Shown: piece after piece, positions 43,355 to 53,492 of the stretch
Layout: each line of letters starts with the position of its first letter
Numbering within the stretch: the first letter of the stretch is position 1
Origin: a virus
Lineage: Duplodnaviria > Caudoviricetes
IMG/VR virus record: IMGVR_UViG_3300035501_000578
Coordinates: 1-64,000 of that record
Length of the DNA: 64,000 nucleotides
Reading direction: 5' to 3' (one strand)
Translations under genes and position numbers: made by a program
Notes under the pieces: model-generated
What the model saw: only the letters and a program-made list of their open reading frames with translations
What the model was told of the DNA's origin: nothing
The model's database searches: none

Positions 43355-43606
43355 TTAAAATGTATATTCCCTTGTTACAAACAAAGGTACAAATCCACTT
43401 GAATCACCATTATATTCTCTACGCTCATAATTTTCTAAAAACATTTTAGCAGTTTTTATACTGTTGTATTGCATTGCACATTTAATATCTGCACCAATTG
43501 TGTCATCCAAATATAGAAATACTGTTTCAGAATTGTTATCCATACGAGCACCCTTCGGTGTTGTCACTAAACGAACTAAGACATAATATCTATCTGTTAT
43601 CTTCAT
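43355..43606 (-). CDS. Small hypothetical protein
   Basis: 83-aa ORF in operon. Confidence 0.5.
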   Translation of the reverse strand: MKITDRYYVLVRLVTTPKGARMDNNSETVFLYLDDTIGADIKCAMQYNSIKTAKMFLENYERREYNGDSSGFVPLFVTREYTF

Positions 43607-43611
43607 AATTC

Positions 43612-43875
43612 TTATTCCACCTTAACCTTTATTTCATACTCATCATTTAATACAAGCATCAATTTAGCAATTCTACTAGCATTTGAACCAAAATCATGAT
43701 TTATAGCTCTTGCAAGTTCCAATTCTGGATCGTCCCATACGCCTAAATATTTACTTGGAATAGGATTACCTGGAATATAATTATTCAGCCATTCGTTGTA
43801 ATCATTGTATGTATTAACAAATCTTTTAGTATTAGGTATTAGATTTTCAGATGTAGGAATTAACCATTTCTCCAT
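43612..43875 (-). CDS. Small hypothetical protein
   Basis: 87-aa ORF in operon. Confidence 0.5.
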   Translation of the reverse strand: MEKWLIPTSENLIPNTKRFVNTYNDYNEWLNNYIPGNPIPSKYLGVWDDPELELARAINHDFGSNASRIAKLMLVLNDEYEIKVKVE

Positions 43876-43876
43876 A

Positions 43877-44473
43877 CTATTTAACCACCCTTAACCCACC
43901 ATTAACTGCATCCTTCAACTTATCTATTGTTTCATCATCTAACTCTAACTCAGCAATATTCTTTCCTAGAGTTTCAAGTGTTGGTTGCAATACAGCACTT
44001 ATCAGACTTGAAAATCTTGTTACCTGACTAGAAATAAAAGAGTGTGTAGATAATTCATTTTCCAAAATGTCATCAACCGCCATATTAAGTAGTGTTTGAA
44101 ATTCCTTAACTTGTTCTACTGGAAGTAATTCAATAATTTGTCTGATTAAATTATTCTCATCTAATAATTCATATTCCTTTGTAGTGTTGTTGAAATCAAT
44201 ATCTATATTTGTAAAAAGGTCAATTATATTAAGCGTGAATAGAAGATAGCGGGCTGTCGAATTTACTTTAATACCTATTTCTTTATTATCTTTGTCGTAT
44301 TCGTGGGTAGTGGTTTTAGCAATTCTATTTGCTATATTAACCTTATCTGTAAATGGGATATAAGACTTGATTGAGAGAGTGTCTTCAATATACTTTCCCT
44401 TTAATTTATCTGATACTACTTTATTATATCCTTCAACAAATTCTGTTACTTTCATATTTATTTTTCCTTTCAA
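43877..44473 (-). CDS. Putative tail assembly chaperone
   Basis: Between tail tube and TMP; IKSYIPFTDK motif; the true start may be MKVTEF. Confidence 0.5.
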   Translation of the reverse strand: MKGKINMKVTEFVEGYNKVVSDKLKGKYIEDTLSIKSYIPFTDKVNIANRIAKTTTHEYDKDNKEIGIKVNSTARYLLFTLNIIDLFTNIDIDFNNTTKEYELLDENNLIRQIIELLPVEQVKEFQTLLNMAVDDILENELSTHSFISSQVTRFSSLISAVLQPTLETLGKNIAELELDDETIDKLKDAVNGGLRVVK

Positions 44474-44480
44474 TCCTTAA

Positions 44481-44708
44481 TTATATTTCAACATCATAAT
44501 TACACCATTTCTGGTATAACTCTTTGGTTTTTTCTTTCTCAAAAATCATTACGATAATTTTCCGATCATTTCGTTCATCATAACTGGTATAAATGTCCAT
44601 AGGATAAACATCATTTACCAAGTAGAATAGTTGCTGTTTTTGGTTTACAATTCGCACACAATCTGTTGAATTGTACTCAATCCCAGCCAAATTCGATTTT
44701 ATATTCAT
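44481..44708 (-). CDS. Small DUF5659-like protein
   Basis: RIVNQKQQLFY...P.DI...IVMIFEKEKTKELYQKW. Confidence 0.5.
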   Translation of the reverse strand: MNIKSNLAGIEYNSTDCVRIVNQKQQLFYLVNDVYPMDIYTSYDERNDRKIIVMIFEKEKTKELYQKWCNYDVEI

Positions 44709-44806
44709 AAGTTTCTCCTTTTAATCCTCTACGTAAAAAATAGGGGAACACAAAATTGAATAGTTCAATCCTGTAATTCCCCTATATGGTTTTTACAATA
44801 AAAATA

Positions 44807-45274
44807 CTATTCAACATCGTCAACTGTCTTCTTTTTAGACCTTCGATAATTTCTTGGTTTTTCTTCAATATTTTCTTCTGATTGCTCGATTTTATCTGAA
44901 ATTTCATTAGTAGAAGTAGTAGTATCAACTTTCTCTATAATTTCCACAGATTCTTTCTCTACTTTATCCGGTATTTCATCTATAACAGGAGTAGGTATTT
45001 CAATTGTTTCAGCGTAAATCTTTGCAATAGAATTTTTGTAGCTTTCTCCAAACATTTCAGATTTAGATAAATCTAATTTGTCTAGCTGTACTTTCGCTTC
45101 ACTTGCAGTAATTCGTCCGTCTTCAAAAGAAGATGTCGCATTGTAAATATCCTTGCAGTTTTCAGAACAGAATGCAAAACGCCATGTTTCGATTGGGTTA
45201 TAACCCTTACATCTAGGACAGTATTTGTAACTCACTCCGTCTACACTACAAGTTCTTAATTTTCCGTCAGCCAT
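44807..45274 (-). CDS. Zn-finger hypothetical protein
   Basis: RTC...YKYCPRC...FCSENC. Confidence 0.65.
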   Translation of the reverse strand: MADGKLRTCSVDGVSYKYCPRCKGYNPIETWRFAFCSENCKDIYNATSSFEDGRITASEAKVQLDKLDLSKSEMFGESYKNSIAKIYAETIEIPTPVIDEIPDKVEKESVEIIEKVDTTTSTNEISDKIEQSEENIEEKPRNYRRSKKKTVDDVE

Positions 45275-45342
45275 TCAAAATTTCCTCCTTAAAATAGGGC
45301 AGTGCATTAGACACCGCCCCTAATAAATAATTCAGAATTGAA

Positions 45343-46167
45343 TTATGCTGCTTCCTCTTCTTCGTCAACGAAGTAGACATCAACAAGAACCTTCTTTGTT
45401 GAGCAAGTATTAGCAAGGATAGCACCCTTATAATCCATTGTCTGTGAATCTCCACCCTGAAGAGCAAGAGATACTTCTGGACTAGGAATAAATTCTTCAA
45501 TATGAATTACAACAGCTCTGAAGCTTTCCTTATCACAAGGGTCAACAGCAAGAGCTTTAAAGTATAATTCATGTGACTTAGGATACTTGTCAGCAGAAAT
45601 ACTAATCTTAGCACCTGATTTAACTTCCTTTGTATATTTTACAAAGTATTCAACTTCTTCTGAATCTGTAGGTGGTGTGAATATAGCACTAGCTACAGTA
45701 CCGCTATCTTCACTAGCTTTAGTAGTTGCAATAGCATATTCAGTAGCAGATGCAGATGAGCCAAGTTTGTAGGTTTTACTTGTATCAAGAGCACCATTGT
45801 AAATAGCACTAACAGTGAGAGTGCCATCAACATAACCAGTAATGTCGAGTGTATCACCAGCAGATACGGTCTGTATTATTGGCATCTGAATAGTATTTTC
45901 GTCAGTGGCAATTTCAGCGTCAGCACCAGAAATAGCCTCGATAACGGCAAGGTTAATAAATGCATTAGTAGCATTAACTTCTGCTGTCTTACCTGAGTAC
46001 TTTCTATATACAAGGTTTCCGTCCTTATCTTTAATATCAGTAGAGTCAGCAGTTATATCAATTGTAGCTTCATTAAGCTGTGTAAGAGCATAAAGTGGTG
46101 TGCCATTCTTCTTAGCACCATAACCGAACTGTAAATGGTCAATGATAACGTCTCCAAGCTTAAACAT
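45343..46167 (-). CDS. Major tail tube protein
   Basis: Start MFKLG with AGGAGG RBS; highly expressed codon style; position; flanked by terminators. Confidence 0.7.
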   Translation of the reverse strand: MFKLGDVIIDHLQFGYGAKKNGTPLYALTQLNEATIDITADSTDIKDKDGNLVYRKYSGKTAEVNATNAFINLAVIEAISGADAEIATDENTIQMPIIQTVSAGDTLDITGYVDGTLTVSAIYNGALDTSKTYKLGSSASATEYAIATTKASEDSGTVASAIFTPPTDSEEVEYFVKYTKEVKSGAKISISADKYPKSHELYFKALAVDPCDKESFRAVVIHIEEFIPSPEVSLALQGGDSQTMDYKGAILANTCSTKKVLVDVYFVDEEEEAA

Positions 46168-46239
46168 TTTGAATTCCTCCTTAAAAATTTTTTGATAATA
46201 AAAAAGAGCGACTAATAAATCGCTCATAAAAATTAATAA

Positions 46240-47097
46240 TTAATATGTATCTCTAAAGAAATTGAAATTATCTTTAGGTACTTTTGATAAATCCGCAAAT
46301 CCTGAATATAATCCAGAATTTAAAGACTTAGTTCCTTCGTAAATCTGTAATCTTTTTACAGAATCCATAAACTGACAAATCCCAACTTCTTTTAATTCAT
46401 TTAATTTATATTTAAAACCTGGATGATTAATACAGGTAGAAATCAACGGCAAAAGAGTAGAAGTCTCTTTATTATTTTGATTTGCTAAATTCATCTTATC
46501 TTCATCTATCATCCATTTTTTTGCAGTTTTACCTTTTGCTTTTTCCACCTTTGGATGTATATTCATCATTTCACGAATATACTCCGCAATCGTCATATAA
46601 TCATCTTCTGGTATAATTATATTTTGGGACGCACTGAATAAACAAAGTTTTGGATTATTTTCATCTTCTTCAACAGTGTCAATTCCAAGTGCCTGAAAAA
46701 TATCATTTAGTTTAATTAACCTAAAATCATAAAACTCAATATCCTTAAATAAAAGTTTCAAAGGTTCTTTTTCAACTGTAGGGATTAATATTGAGAACAC
46801 TTCAATATCTTTGATTTTGCACCAGTCCACTTTGTTTTCCCAAAGTGCTAAACGAATTGAGGTAGAATTGTAAAGAAAAGGAGTAAGAGAACGATAAAAA
46901 GTTTCTTCTCCAATTTCAAGAATATCACCAATTGTAGGTTGTGAAATAACAATATTAGGTATAACCTCGTAGTCTTCACCAAAGTACATTTTTAATTTAT
47001 CAAAATGATATTCTTTTTTATTGGATTGATTTTTTTTATTAAATTCTTCAATTACTGCATTTTGCAGTAAATCTAGTGTATCTGTATTTTTCTCCAC
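46240..47097 (-). CDS. Conserved SPbeta-like tail/neck protein
   Basis: ISQPTIGDI motif; position. Confidence 0.55.
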   Translation of the reverse strand: MEKNTDTLDLLQNAVIEEFNKKNQSNKKEYHFDKLKMYFGEDYEVIPNIVISQPTIGDILEIGEETFYRSLTPFLYNSTSIRLALWENKVDWCKIKDIEVFSILIPTVEKEPLKLLFKDIEFYDFRLIKLNDIFQALGIDTVEEDENNPKLCLFSASQNIIIPEDDYMTIAEYIREMMNIHPKVEKAKGKTAKKWMIDEDKMNLANQNNKETSTLLPLISTCINHPGFKYKLNELKEVGICQFMDSVKRLQIYEGTKSLNSGLYSGFADLSKVPKDNFNFFRDTY

Positions 47098-47105
47098 ATC
47101 ATCAC

Positions 47106-47744
47106 CTACTTTCGCAACTGATGATTAACCAGAGAAGTTTTGCCGTTATACGGCGTATATGCAAGTCCATTAAGGTCAACAATTTGAAAGACCATTGTAC
47201 GAACTATATAATTGTTATCAGTAGTTGATTCTTTTGATGAGATAAGTCTTGCTTGCATACCAAAAGTATTTCGCAAGTTAAATCTTTCCCGAAGAATAGA
47301 ACCTATAAGGTCAGAGCGTGAAATACCTGTTCGTACATCAATCGCATCCTTACCATCCACAAAAATAGTGAAAGTAATTTCAGTGTATTTTTGGACTTTG
47401 TTATAACGGGGTAATTCATCAAACCCTACCTGATAACACACATAATGCTTTACAGTTGTTTGGGTTTCTGGAATAAATAAGTAAGGTCTAATATTTGAAG
47501 ATTCTCCAAAATATCTATCCCATTCACCTAATGGTTCGTGAGTTTCGGAATCCCAATTTATATTTCCATCATCATCAAATAATTCACCTTCTAAATCTTT
47601 TTCGTGTAAAGCATATAATAATTCAGGACATTTCATGAGAGTATTCTTAATAATGTCCTTGTATTGAATATTTTCATCATCTACGGTGGTAGCGTAGGCA
47701 CGTAATTTGCCGAGCAAATCATCTTTTGTTACAATATCTGCCAT
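47106..47744 (-). CDS. Putative tail terminator/completion protein
   Basis: Start MADIV with AGGAGG RBS; RSDLIG motif; position. Confidence 0.5.
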   Translation of the reverse strand: MADIVTKDDLLGKLRAYATTVDDENIQYKDIIKNTLMKCPELLYALHEKDLEGELFDDDGNINWDSETHEPLGEWDRYFGESSNIRPYLFIPETQTTVKHYVCYQVGFDELPRYNKVQKYTEITFTIFVDGKDAIDVRTGISRSDLIGSILRERFNLRNTFGMQARLISSKESTTDNNYIVRTMVFQIVDLNGLAYTPYNGKTSLVNHQLRK

Positions 47745-47754
47745 ATTCCACCTC

Positions 47755-49014
47755 CTAGACGATAAGCTCAAATTGAGCAGTTGTTTCTATAATTTCATTT
47801 CCGTTAGTTACAACGCATTTTATATTTAATGTCTTACCGAGATAATTTCTATCATCAGTAGATTTAATCTTAATCTGATTGTAGTTGACATTTGACAACC
47901 AAGTTACTGTGTCTGTTAAATCCTCATCATCTACGCTGCAAGTCCAATTGAAATTAGCAGAAGAATAGTTATCTGTAATTTCAGTGTCGGAATTGTCATA
48001 GATTTTTGCCGTAAGAGTTTTGTAGCTTCCGGCGATTTTGATTGTTGAAGTAGATGCTGTGATTTTGGAGTAATTGGTTGTGATTGGAATGGTAGAATCG
48101 GATGGATTTGTTGGTGTGAGAGATGAATCAGTGATATAATAATCGGCGTACATTTCGCCAGTTTCAAGATTAACATAATCAGTATATTCTGAAAACACAT
48201 CTTGATAAAATGTAAGCTTCTGAATCCCAAGAGGGGAAGAGTTTTCAACCTTGCTAATAGTCCATGCTGTCGGGTGCTCGGTTAAAGAACCGAGTAACAC
48301 ACGCATATTATTATTAGATTCACCTTTATACCAAATCTTTTCTGTTATTGAATTAAGTGGCAACCAACCTTTATCCTGATTCTCTACTGTGGTCGTACTA
48401 TATGAAGTCCATAAGCCACTGTTGTAGCTGCTCTGCGAGCGTAAAACACACCACATTTTTCGTTTAATCCGTTCCTGCCCATTATCTTCAATCCACATCA
48501 GATTGTAGTTAATCGGTAAGATTAAATACTTAGGAAATTGGTTTGCAATCTCCTTGCTTATAATCATCCACTTACGATAAATTCCTCTATCATCAGGTAT
48601 ATCTACGTACAATCCTGCAAAATCATTATTGCCATATTTCCGTCTATAATCAGTTTCAAAATAATAAAGTTCGTCACCCTCATTAAATTCAGTCTTTTGA
48701 GAAGGACGAAATTGCAAGTAATATTCTACTTGGTCTTTATCTATGGACTGGTAACTTTTGATTATGAATTTTGCATCAATACGAGTTTTAGTTGTATTCT
48801 CGTAGGTCATATGATCTTTAAGTTGGAGCTGATCATCGTGAAAATAATCGTAGATGTAACAGACTTTTGATTGCGGATCTCTGTCAAAAGTATATTCCAT
48901 CAACATATCCGAATCACTTTTCAATTTCTCACCCAAAGTAGGATAATTCCTACCAGTAGAATTAGTATTTACTGTACTGCCAATTTTTCGTTGATAAAAA
49001 TCGAAAGCCGACAT
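47755..49014 (-). CDS. Putative head-closure protein with C-terminal Ig-like domain
   Basis: Position after adaptor; beta-rich C-terminal domain. Confidence 0.5.
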   Translation of the reverse strand: MSAFDFYQRKIGSTVNTNSTGRNYPTLGEKLKSDSDMLMEYTFDRDPQSKVCYIYDYFHDDQLQLKDHMTYENTTKTRIDAKFIIKSYQSIDKDQVEYYLQFRPSQKTEFNEGDELYYFETDYRRKYGNNDFAGLYVDIPDDRGIYRKWMIISKEIANQFPKYLILPINYNLMWIEDNGQERIKRKMWCVLRSQSSYNSGLWTSYSTTTVENQDKGWLPLNSITEKIWYKGESNNNMRVLLGSLTEHPTAWTISKVENSSPLGIQKLTFYQDVFSEYTDYVNLETGEMYADYYITDSSLTPTNPSDSTIPITTNYSKITASTSTIKIAGSYKTLTAKIYDNSDTEITDNYSSANFNWTCSVDDEDLTDTVTWLSNVNYNQIKIKSTDDRNYLGKTLNIKCVVTNGNEIIETTAQFELIV

Positions 49015-49015
49015 A

Positions 49016-49360
49016 TTAATCACCAACTTTCAATCGCTGCATTAAAGCACCGGCATCAAAAACCAACTTCTTATATCTTCCAAAATCAAAATCATCTGAC
49101 TTCAAAATAACCAAAGCTGATTCCAAAGTGTTTATAATTTCTACAAAATCCTTGGGATATAAGAGTAATTCATTGTAACTTGAAATTTCTAACAAAAGAT
49201 TCTCGTGATATTTAACCACATCAATATTTTCAAAATCTTCTTTTGTATTTTCATCTGTATACAAAACTAGCCAAAATATTTTCTTACGCAATTTGTTCTG
49301 ATAATAATCAGTTTGTTCCGGCTTAAATTCGCCGTATTTATGTAACACCATTTTATCCAT
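49016..49360 (-). CDS. Hypothetical head-tail region protein
   Basis: 114-aa ORF coupled to neighbours. Confidence 0.55.
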   Translation of the reverse strand: MDKMVLHKYGEFKPEQTDYYQNKLRKKIFWLVLYTDENTKEDFENIDVVKYHENLLLEISSYNELLLYPKDFVEIINTLESALVILKSDDFDFGRYKKLVFDAGALMQRLKVGD

Positions 49361-49812
49361 CAGCTTTCACCATAACTTCCAAAATGGTATGAATGCCTTG
49401 TCAGTTCCCTTTCAAATTCAGTTTGAAGATTATGAAGTCTTTCCATATTCTGATTATAATTTCCAAGAAGTTTCTTTTCTTCCTTACCGCCTATCATTAC
49501 CGCCAAATTAGCAGTATTTTCAAGTTTAGATGGAAAGTAATTAAGAATAACACCCTTTGCTAAAATAGAAGTGACAAAATCAGAATCATAATTATCATCA
49601 ACACTATTTGTTAATGTAAATGTAACCTGCATAATTTCATCATCTAATTCAAAACTGGAAAATTTGCTCCTGAATATAATAGAAGAGTAGGCTGAGTGTA
49701 ACCACTCTTTCATACTCTCATAAAAATCATCTTGCGTATATTGTACTAGTTCTAAGTCATTGATACGAACCAATGCCCGTTTATATATTTGATCGTATGA
49801 TATAGAAGGCAT
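49360..49812 (-). CDS. Putative head-tail adaptor
   Basis: SYDQIY..AL.RIND pattern; position. Confidence 0.55.
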   Translation of the reverse strand: MPSISYDQIYKRALVRINDLELVQYTQDDFYESMKEWLHSAYSSIIFRSKFSSFELDDEIMQVTFTLTNSVDDNYDSDFVTSILAKGVILNYFPSKLENTANLAVMIGGKEEKKLLGNYNQNMERLHNLQTEFERELTRHSYHFGSYGES

Positions 49813-49831
49813 AATTGGATACCTCCTTTAT

Positions 49832-50500
49832 TTATAAGAAATCCTTGATACAAGTACCAACAATATCATCAATTAATTTAATCTTATTTAGTGATGGATA
49901 ATTCTCATTTCTAATCATTGCTACAGCGGTAGTCTTGATAATTTCAACAATCCAAGCTGGAGCGTTTTTTAAAATGTCAGCAAATTCATTATCTGATTTA
50001 TCAAAATATTCCTCTGGATAATCTACGTGATCAAAATACTTATATACATCACCAAGTTCACGACTCCACTGACTTCTTAAATCATCATCCATAATAATAA
50101 TATTAGGTTTCATAACATAATCGGTTCTTCTAAGAGCCTGTAAATCACGATATTTCACGTAATCAATATCTCCAAAGTATTCCCAATGATAAACGGTGTT
50201 CTTATCAACACCAACGGCTGTTAATTTCCACGGTGTAACACTCTTACACATAATTTCATCTTCTGGTTTAAATACTTTTGTAGATTTATTGACAGTAAGT
50301 GTATCTGACTTGATGTCTGCCTGAACTTCACTAGAAACTGTTTCAATTTTTGTTGGTTTCATATCAGAACGAGCTAATTCGATCATTTCATCTGTAGCAG
50401 TCTGCATATGGCTAGATACAGAATATCCATGATCTTTTAAGAAAGAAATTAGTTCTTTATTGGTAACACCTAATTCCTTTGATAACTCTAAAATTTTCAT
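49832..50500 (-). CDS. Head-region protein with N-terminal IF2_N-like domain
   Basis: MKILELSKELGVTNKELISFLKDHGYSVSSHM matches the translation initiation factor IF2 N-domain pattern. Confidence 0.65.
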   Translation of the reverse strand: MKILELSKELGVTNKELISFLKDHGYSVSSHMQTATDEMIELARSDMKPTKIETVSSEVQADIKSDTLTVNKSTKVFKPEDEIMCKSVTPWKLTAVGVDKNTVYHWEYFGDIDYVKYRDLQALRRTDYVMKPNIIIMDDDLRSQWSRELGDVYKYFDHVDYPEEYFDKSDNEFADILKNAPAWIVEIIKTTAVAMIRNENYPSLNKIKLIDDIVGTCIKDFL

Positions 50501-50569
50501 TCCATTTTTCTCCTTTAATCATAAAAAGGAGAGTAGAATTAACTACTCTCCAAAATTTATCAGCTAAAA

Positions 50570-52834
50570 TTATTTCATCTTAATTTCGCCAAATACTTCG
50601 TTGATAACAACACCGATACCTTCCTGATATGCAAGTTCTGCATCAACGGTCATATCCTTCTTTAGACCATCCATACCTGTCTCGTAGTAAATAACGTCTC
50701 CCTCATTTACTCTTTTAATTGGAGGTCTATCAGGATTAATTGGCATTACAAAAATCTTCTTGTTATCATCTGCTGAGAATACGCTTTCTCTTGTACCAGC
50801 CTTATTAACACGGCTAAGAGCAAGGCAGTCATATCCTTCCCAAGAGCCAAGAAGACCATTCTGATGTCTTTCATCCTTCATTGCATCAGAGAACATATTA
50901 TAGTTTACAGTATTCTGAAGCTTCTGAATTGCGGTACGAGTACCAACAAGTAATACATCTTTACCAGTTGCGGCTTTAACAGCTTCAATATGCTCGATAA
51001 TGTCATCCTTTGTAGCTTCTGAAACGGCTGTTTCAAGAACCATATCAGTAGGGAGAGATTCATCCATAGACATCCAAGCTGTAAAGAGTGCACCATATCT
51101 GTACTGCTCAATAGCAGTGTACATCTTGTCAACTAATCCTGCAAAATCAACCTTACCTGTCTGGAACAGAGTAAAGTCGGTATATACTTTAATAGTATAC
51201 CAAGAAGTCTCGATAGAGAATGACTTACCTGGCTTTACGGACTGTCTTACACTTTAATGTTTAACTTATATTATTCCCCAATATTTAAAAATTTCCAATG
51301 ATAGCCACCACATGTCTTGCGTTCACCACGGCATACTTTTAATATACCAGAACTGTCTAAGGATAAATCTTTACTTGCTTCAGTGGCATCATTAAATTGT
51401 TTATTTAATTCCAAACAAAACACAGGAGTAGTATTCCTTCTAAATGAACGTATACCTTTACTATGTTCACTCATCTTTTTCTTTGATTCTTCGGTATGAT
51501 GTCTTCCATACATACCATTGTTTTTACCAATTATTTTTTCTTTTATTTCTGGATTTGTCCATTGATTTAATGCATCAATTCGTCTGACTTCTTTTAAATT
51601 TGAATGGCAATAAGATTCTTTAATAGAATTACTAAGCTTTTTTCTTGACTCTTTGGATAGTGTATTTTTTATAAATTGACCACCTGATTTTAAATTATAA
51701 CCGCAATCTCTATCCAAAGTATTATATAGTTCTATATAATAAATTTCCCTCTGATCAAGTTCGTTTATTTCGCAAGTGTCTAATATATAAAAACTAAAAC
51801 TATCTTCACCATATTTATTCCAAGCTTTTTGTAAATAATCATTATCATGATTTCCGTGATTTAATTCACCTTTATGTCTTCTCCATCTATCATAAATATT
51901 TTTAGATTGACCAATATATTTTTTGTTTGTTACGGTATTTTCAATGCAATAAATTCCAGAAATTATTTCATTTTGCATTTACTCATCTCATTTCTGTTAT
52001 TATTTTGGGAAATAATTTTATAGGGTCGCTACGCCCTGTTGAGTTTAATTGTCCAGATTAAACTCCACTTACTTTCATAAGTAGAACAGACTATATCATC
52101 ATCCAATAAAGGATGTGTACCATTTCCATTTAAGGGGGTTTCACCCACTCACTTGAGCCGTACTTCTATTGCAGATTTCTCTGCCGATGGAATAGTCGTT
52201 GAGCCTTACCTTTCGGTCTTGGTTGCTGATTGCCCATTAAAAAAGAACAGGGGATTTAACCTCGTTCTCATACAAATAATTTTTTCTGCTTTCGCCACAT
52301 TCACGTTTATACCATTTAAGGTATTGCGTTGTAGTTTATTTGCCTTTAGGGTTTTCCAGCAGTTAGATACATATTTTTTCATACAGCTTACGCTATACGG
52401 ATACTGTAAGAGTCAATATCATGGTGGTTTCCAGCGAATCTGGATACAGTAAGAAGAGAATTATCATCAACGAAAAACTCATTTGCATCGCCATCGTTGA
52501 TGTTGATTTCCTCAACATACTCCATAAATCTTGCATTTGCACTAGACCAGCCAGAGTTCATTTTATCTACGATTACATCCTCAATAAGAGTTGCAATTTC
52601 CTTATTATGATCTCTCCAAGCCTGTCTACGCTGCATCTTAGTTGCGGTCTTAAAATTAATACCTAATACTTTATCAAACTGATTTCTAAGAATAGTCTGA
52701 GTATCTTCTTTAGAATACTTTTCATATACTCTATTGCTTGCATCTAACATAAGTGAGTTAAACTCAAGCATATTTTCATATTTGTTATCAAACTGTGCTA
52801 CAGTATTTGCAGCAAAACATGTAATATCTCTCAT
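50570..52834 (-). CDS. Major capsid protein, 366 aa after splicing; join(52834-52416,51251-50570)
   Basis: Spliced FAGNHHDI|VRQSVKPGKSFSIET in frame (419+682=1101 nt); position after protease and decoration genes. Confidence 0.88.
51252..52415 (-). mobile_element. Group I intron (1164 nt) in the major capsid gene
   Basis: IGS TCTTACAGTATC pairs 12/12 with ligated GATAT|TGTAAGA (U.G at the site); core TCAACGACTA and ATGATATAGTCT; terminal G. Confidence 0.93.
51271..51978 (-). CDS. Intron-encoded GIY-YIG endonuclease (NUMOD3/NUMOD1-like)
   Basis: SGIYCI...KYIGQS, GRHHTEESKKKMS. Confidence 0.92.
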   Translation of the reverse strand: MQNEIISGIYCIENTVTNKKYIGQSKNIYDRWRRHKGELNHGNHDNDYLQKAWNKYGEDSFSFYILDTCEINELDQREIYYIELYNTLDRDCGYNLKSGGQFIKNTLSKESRKKLSNSIKESYCHSNLKEVRRIDALNQWTNPEIKEKIIGKNNGMYGRHHTEESKKKMSEHSKGIRSFRRNTTPVFCLELNKQFNDATEASKDLSLDSSGILKVCRGERKTCGGYHWKFLNIGE

Positions 52835-52853
52835 TTATTTATTCCTCCTTCCT

Positions 52854-53429
52854 TTACGCAATCTGCTTATTCTGTACTACTTCAATACGAACAAGTGTGT
52901 AATAAGTTCCAACAGCAAAACTATGAATCTTACCGATAAATCCATAAGTAGAAGCTTCTGGCTTTTCAGCCTGTGCTACCCATGCACCGTTGCCATCGAC
53001 AACTACATAAGCACCAACTTTTACAGCATCAGTAGAATCATCTGTAAACTGATAAGAAGCGATTGCAAAGATATCTTTATGAACATCTACGTCCTGAATC
53101 TGATAAGCCTTTACTGGCTTACCAGCAGCATTTGTGTAGTTATATGCCTGTTTCTGTTCTGTAGTAAGTGCCGTCTTAACATCAGCAGGAGCACCAGTGA
53201 CAGCAATCTTGTCACCTACACCAGCGATAGTTGCATAAACTTCCTGAAGACCATTACCTGTACTTTCACCGATCTTCAAAGCTACACCGTTATCTACTTC
53301 GATCTCATTTTCATTTTCATCACGCACAATTGCGTCGTATAAATTTCCGATATCAGTCGAAGCGAGGCGGCTGCTCTCGAATAATCCATGCAAATTCAAA
53401 GATTTGCCTTTTAGATTGGTATATACCAT
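52854..53429 (-). CDS. Putative capsid decoration/auxiliary protein
   Basis: Directly upstream of the capsid gene; VDNG motif; strong RBS. Confidence 0.6.
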   Translation of the reverse strand: MVYTNLKGKSLNLHGLFESSRLASTDIGNLYDAIVRDENENEIEVDNGVALKIGESTGNGLQEVYATIAGVGDKIAVTGAPADVKTALTTEQKQAYNYTNAAGKPVKAYQIQDVDVHKDIFAIASYQFTDDSTDAVKVGAYVVVDGNGAWVAQAEKPEASTYGFIGKIHSFAVGTYYTLVRIEVVQNKQIA

Positions 53430-53492
53430 AATTTTTTCCTCCTTAAATTTTTAATACAATAAAAAAGACCATTCAATTAAGAATGATCAGAT

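Noticed and set aside
43612-44473. Programmed -1 frameshift of tail assembly chaperones
   Set aside because: No convincing slippery heptamer at the end of 43877-44473
10944-52834. Fragmented capsid, TMP and tail ORFs read as pseudogenes, assembly errors or stop-codon recoding
   Set aside because: Six breaks have complete group I signatures and restore the frame exactly; other genes are intact under the standard code
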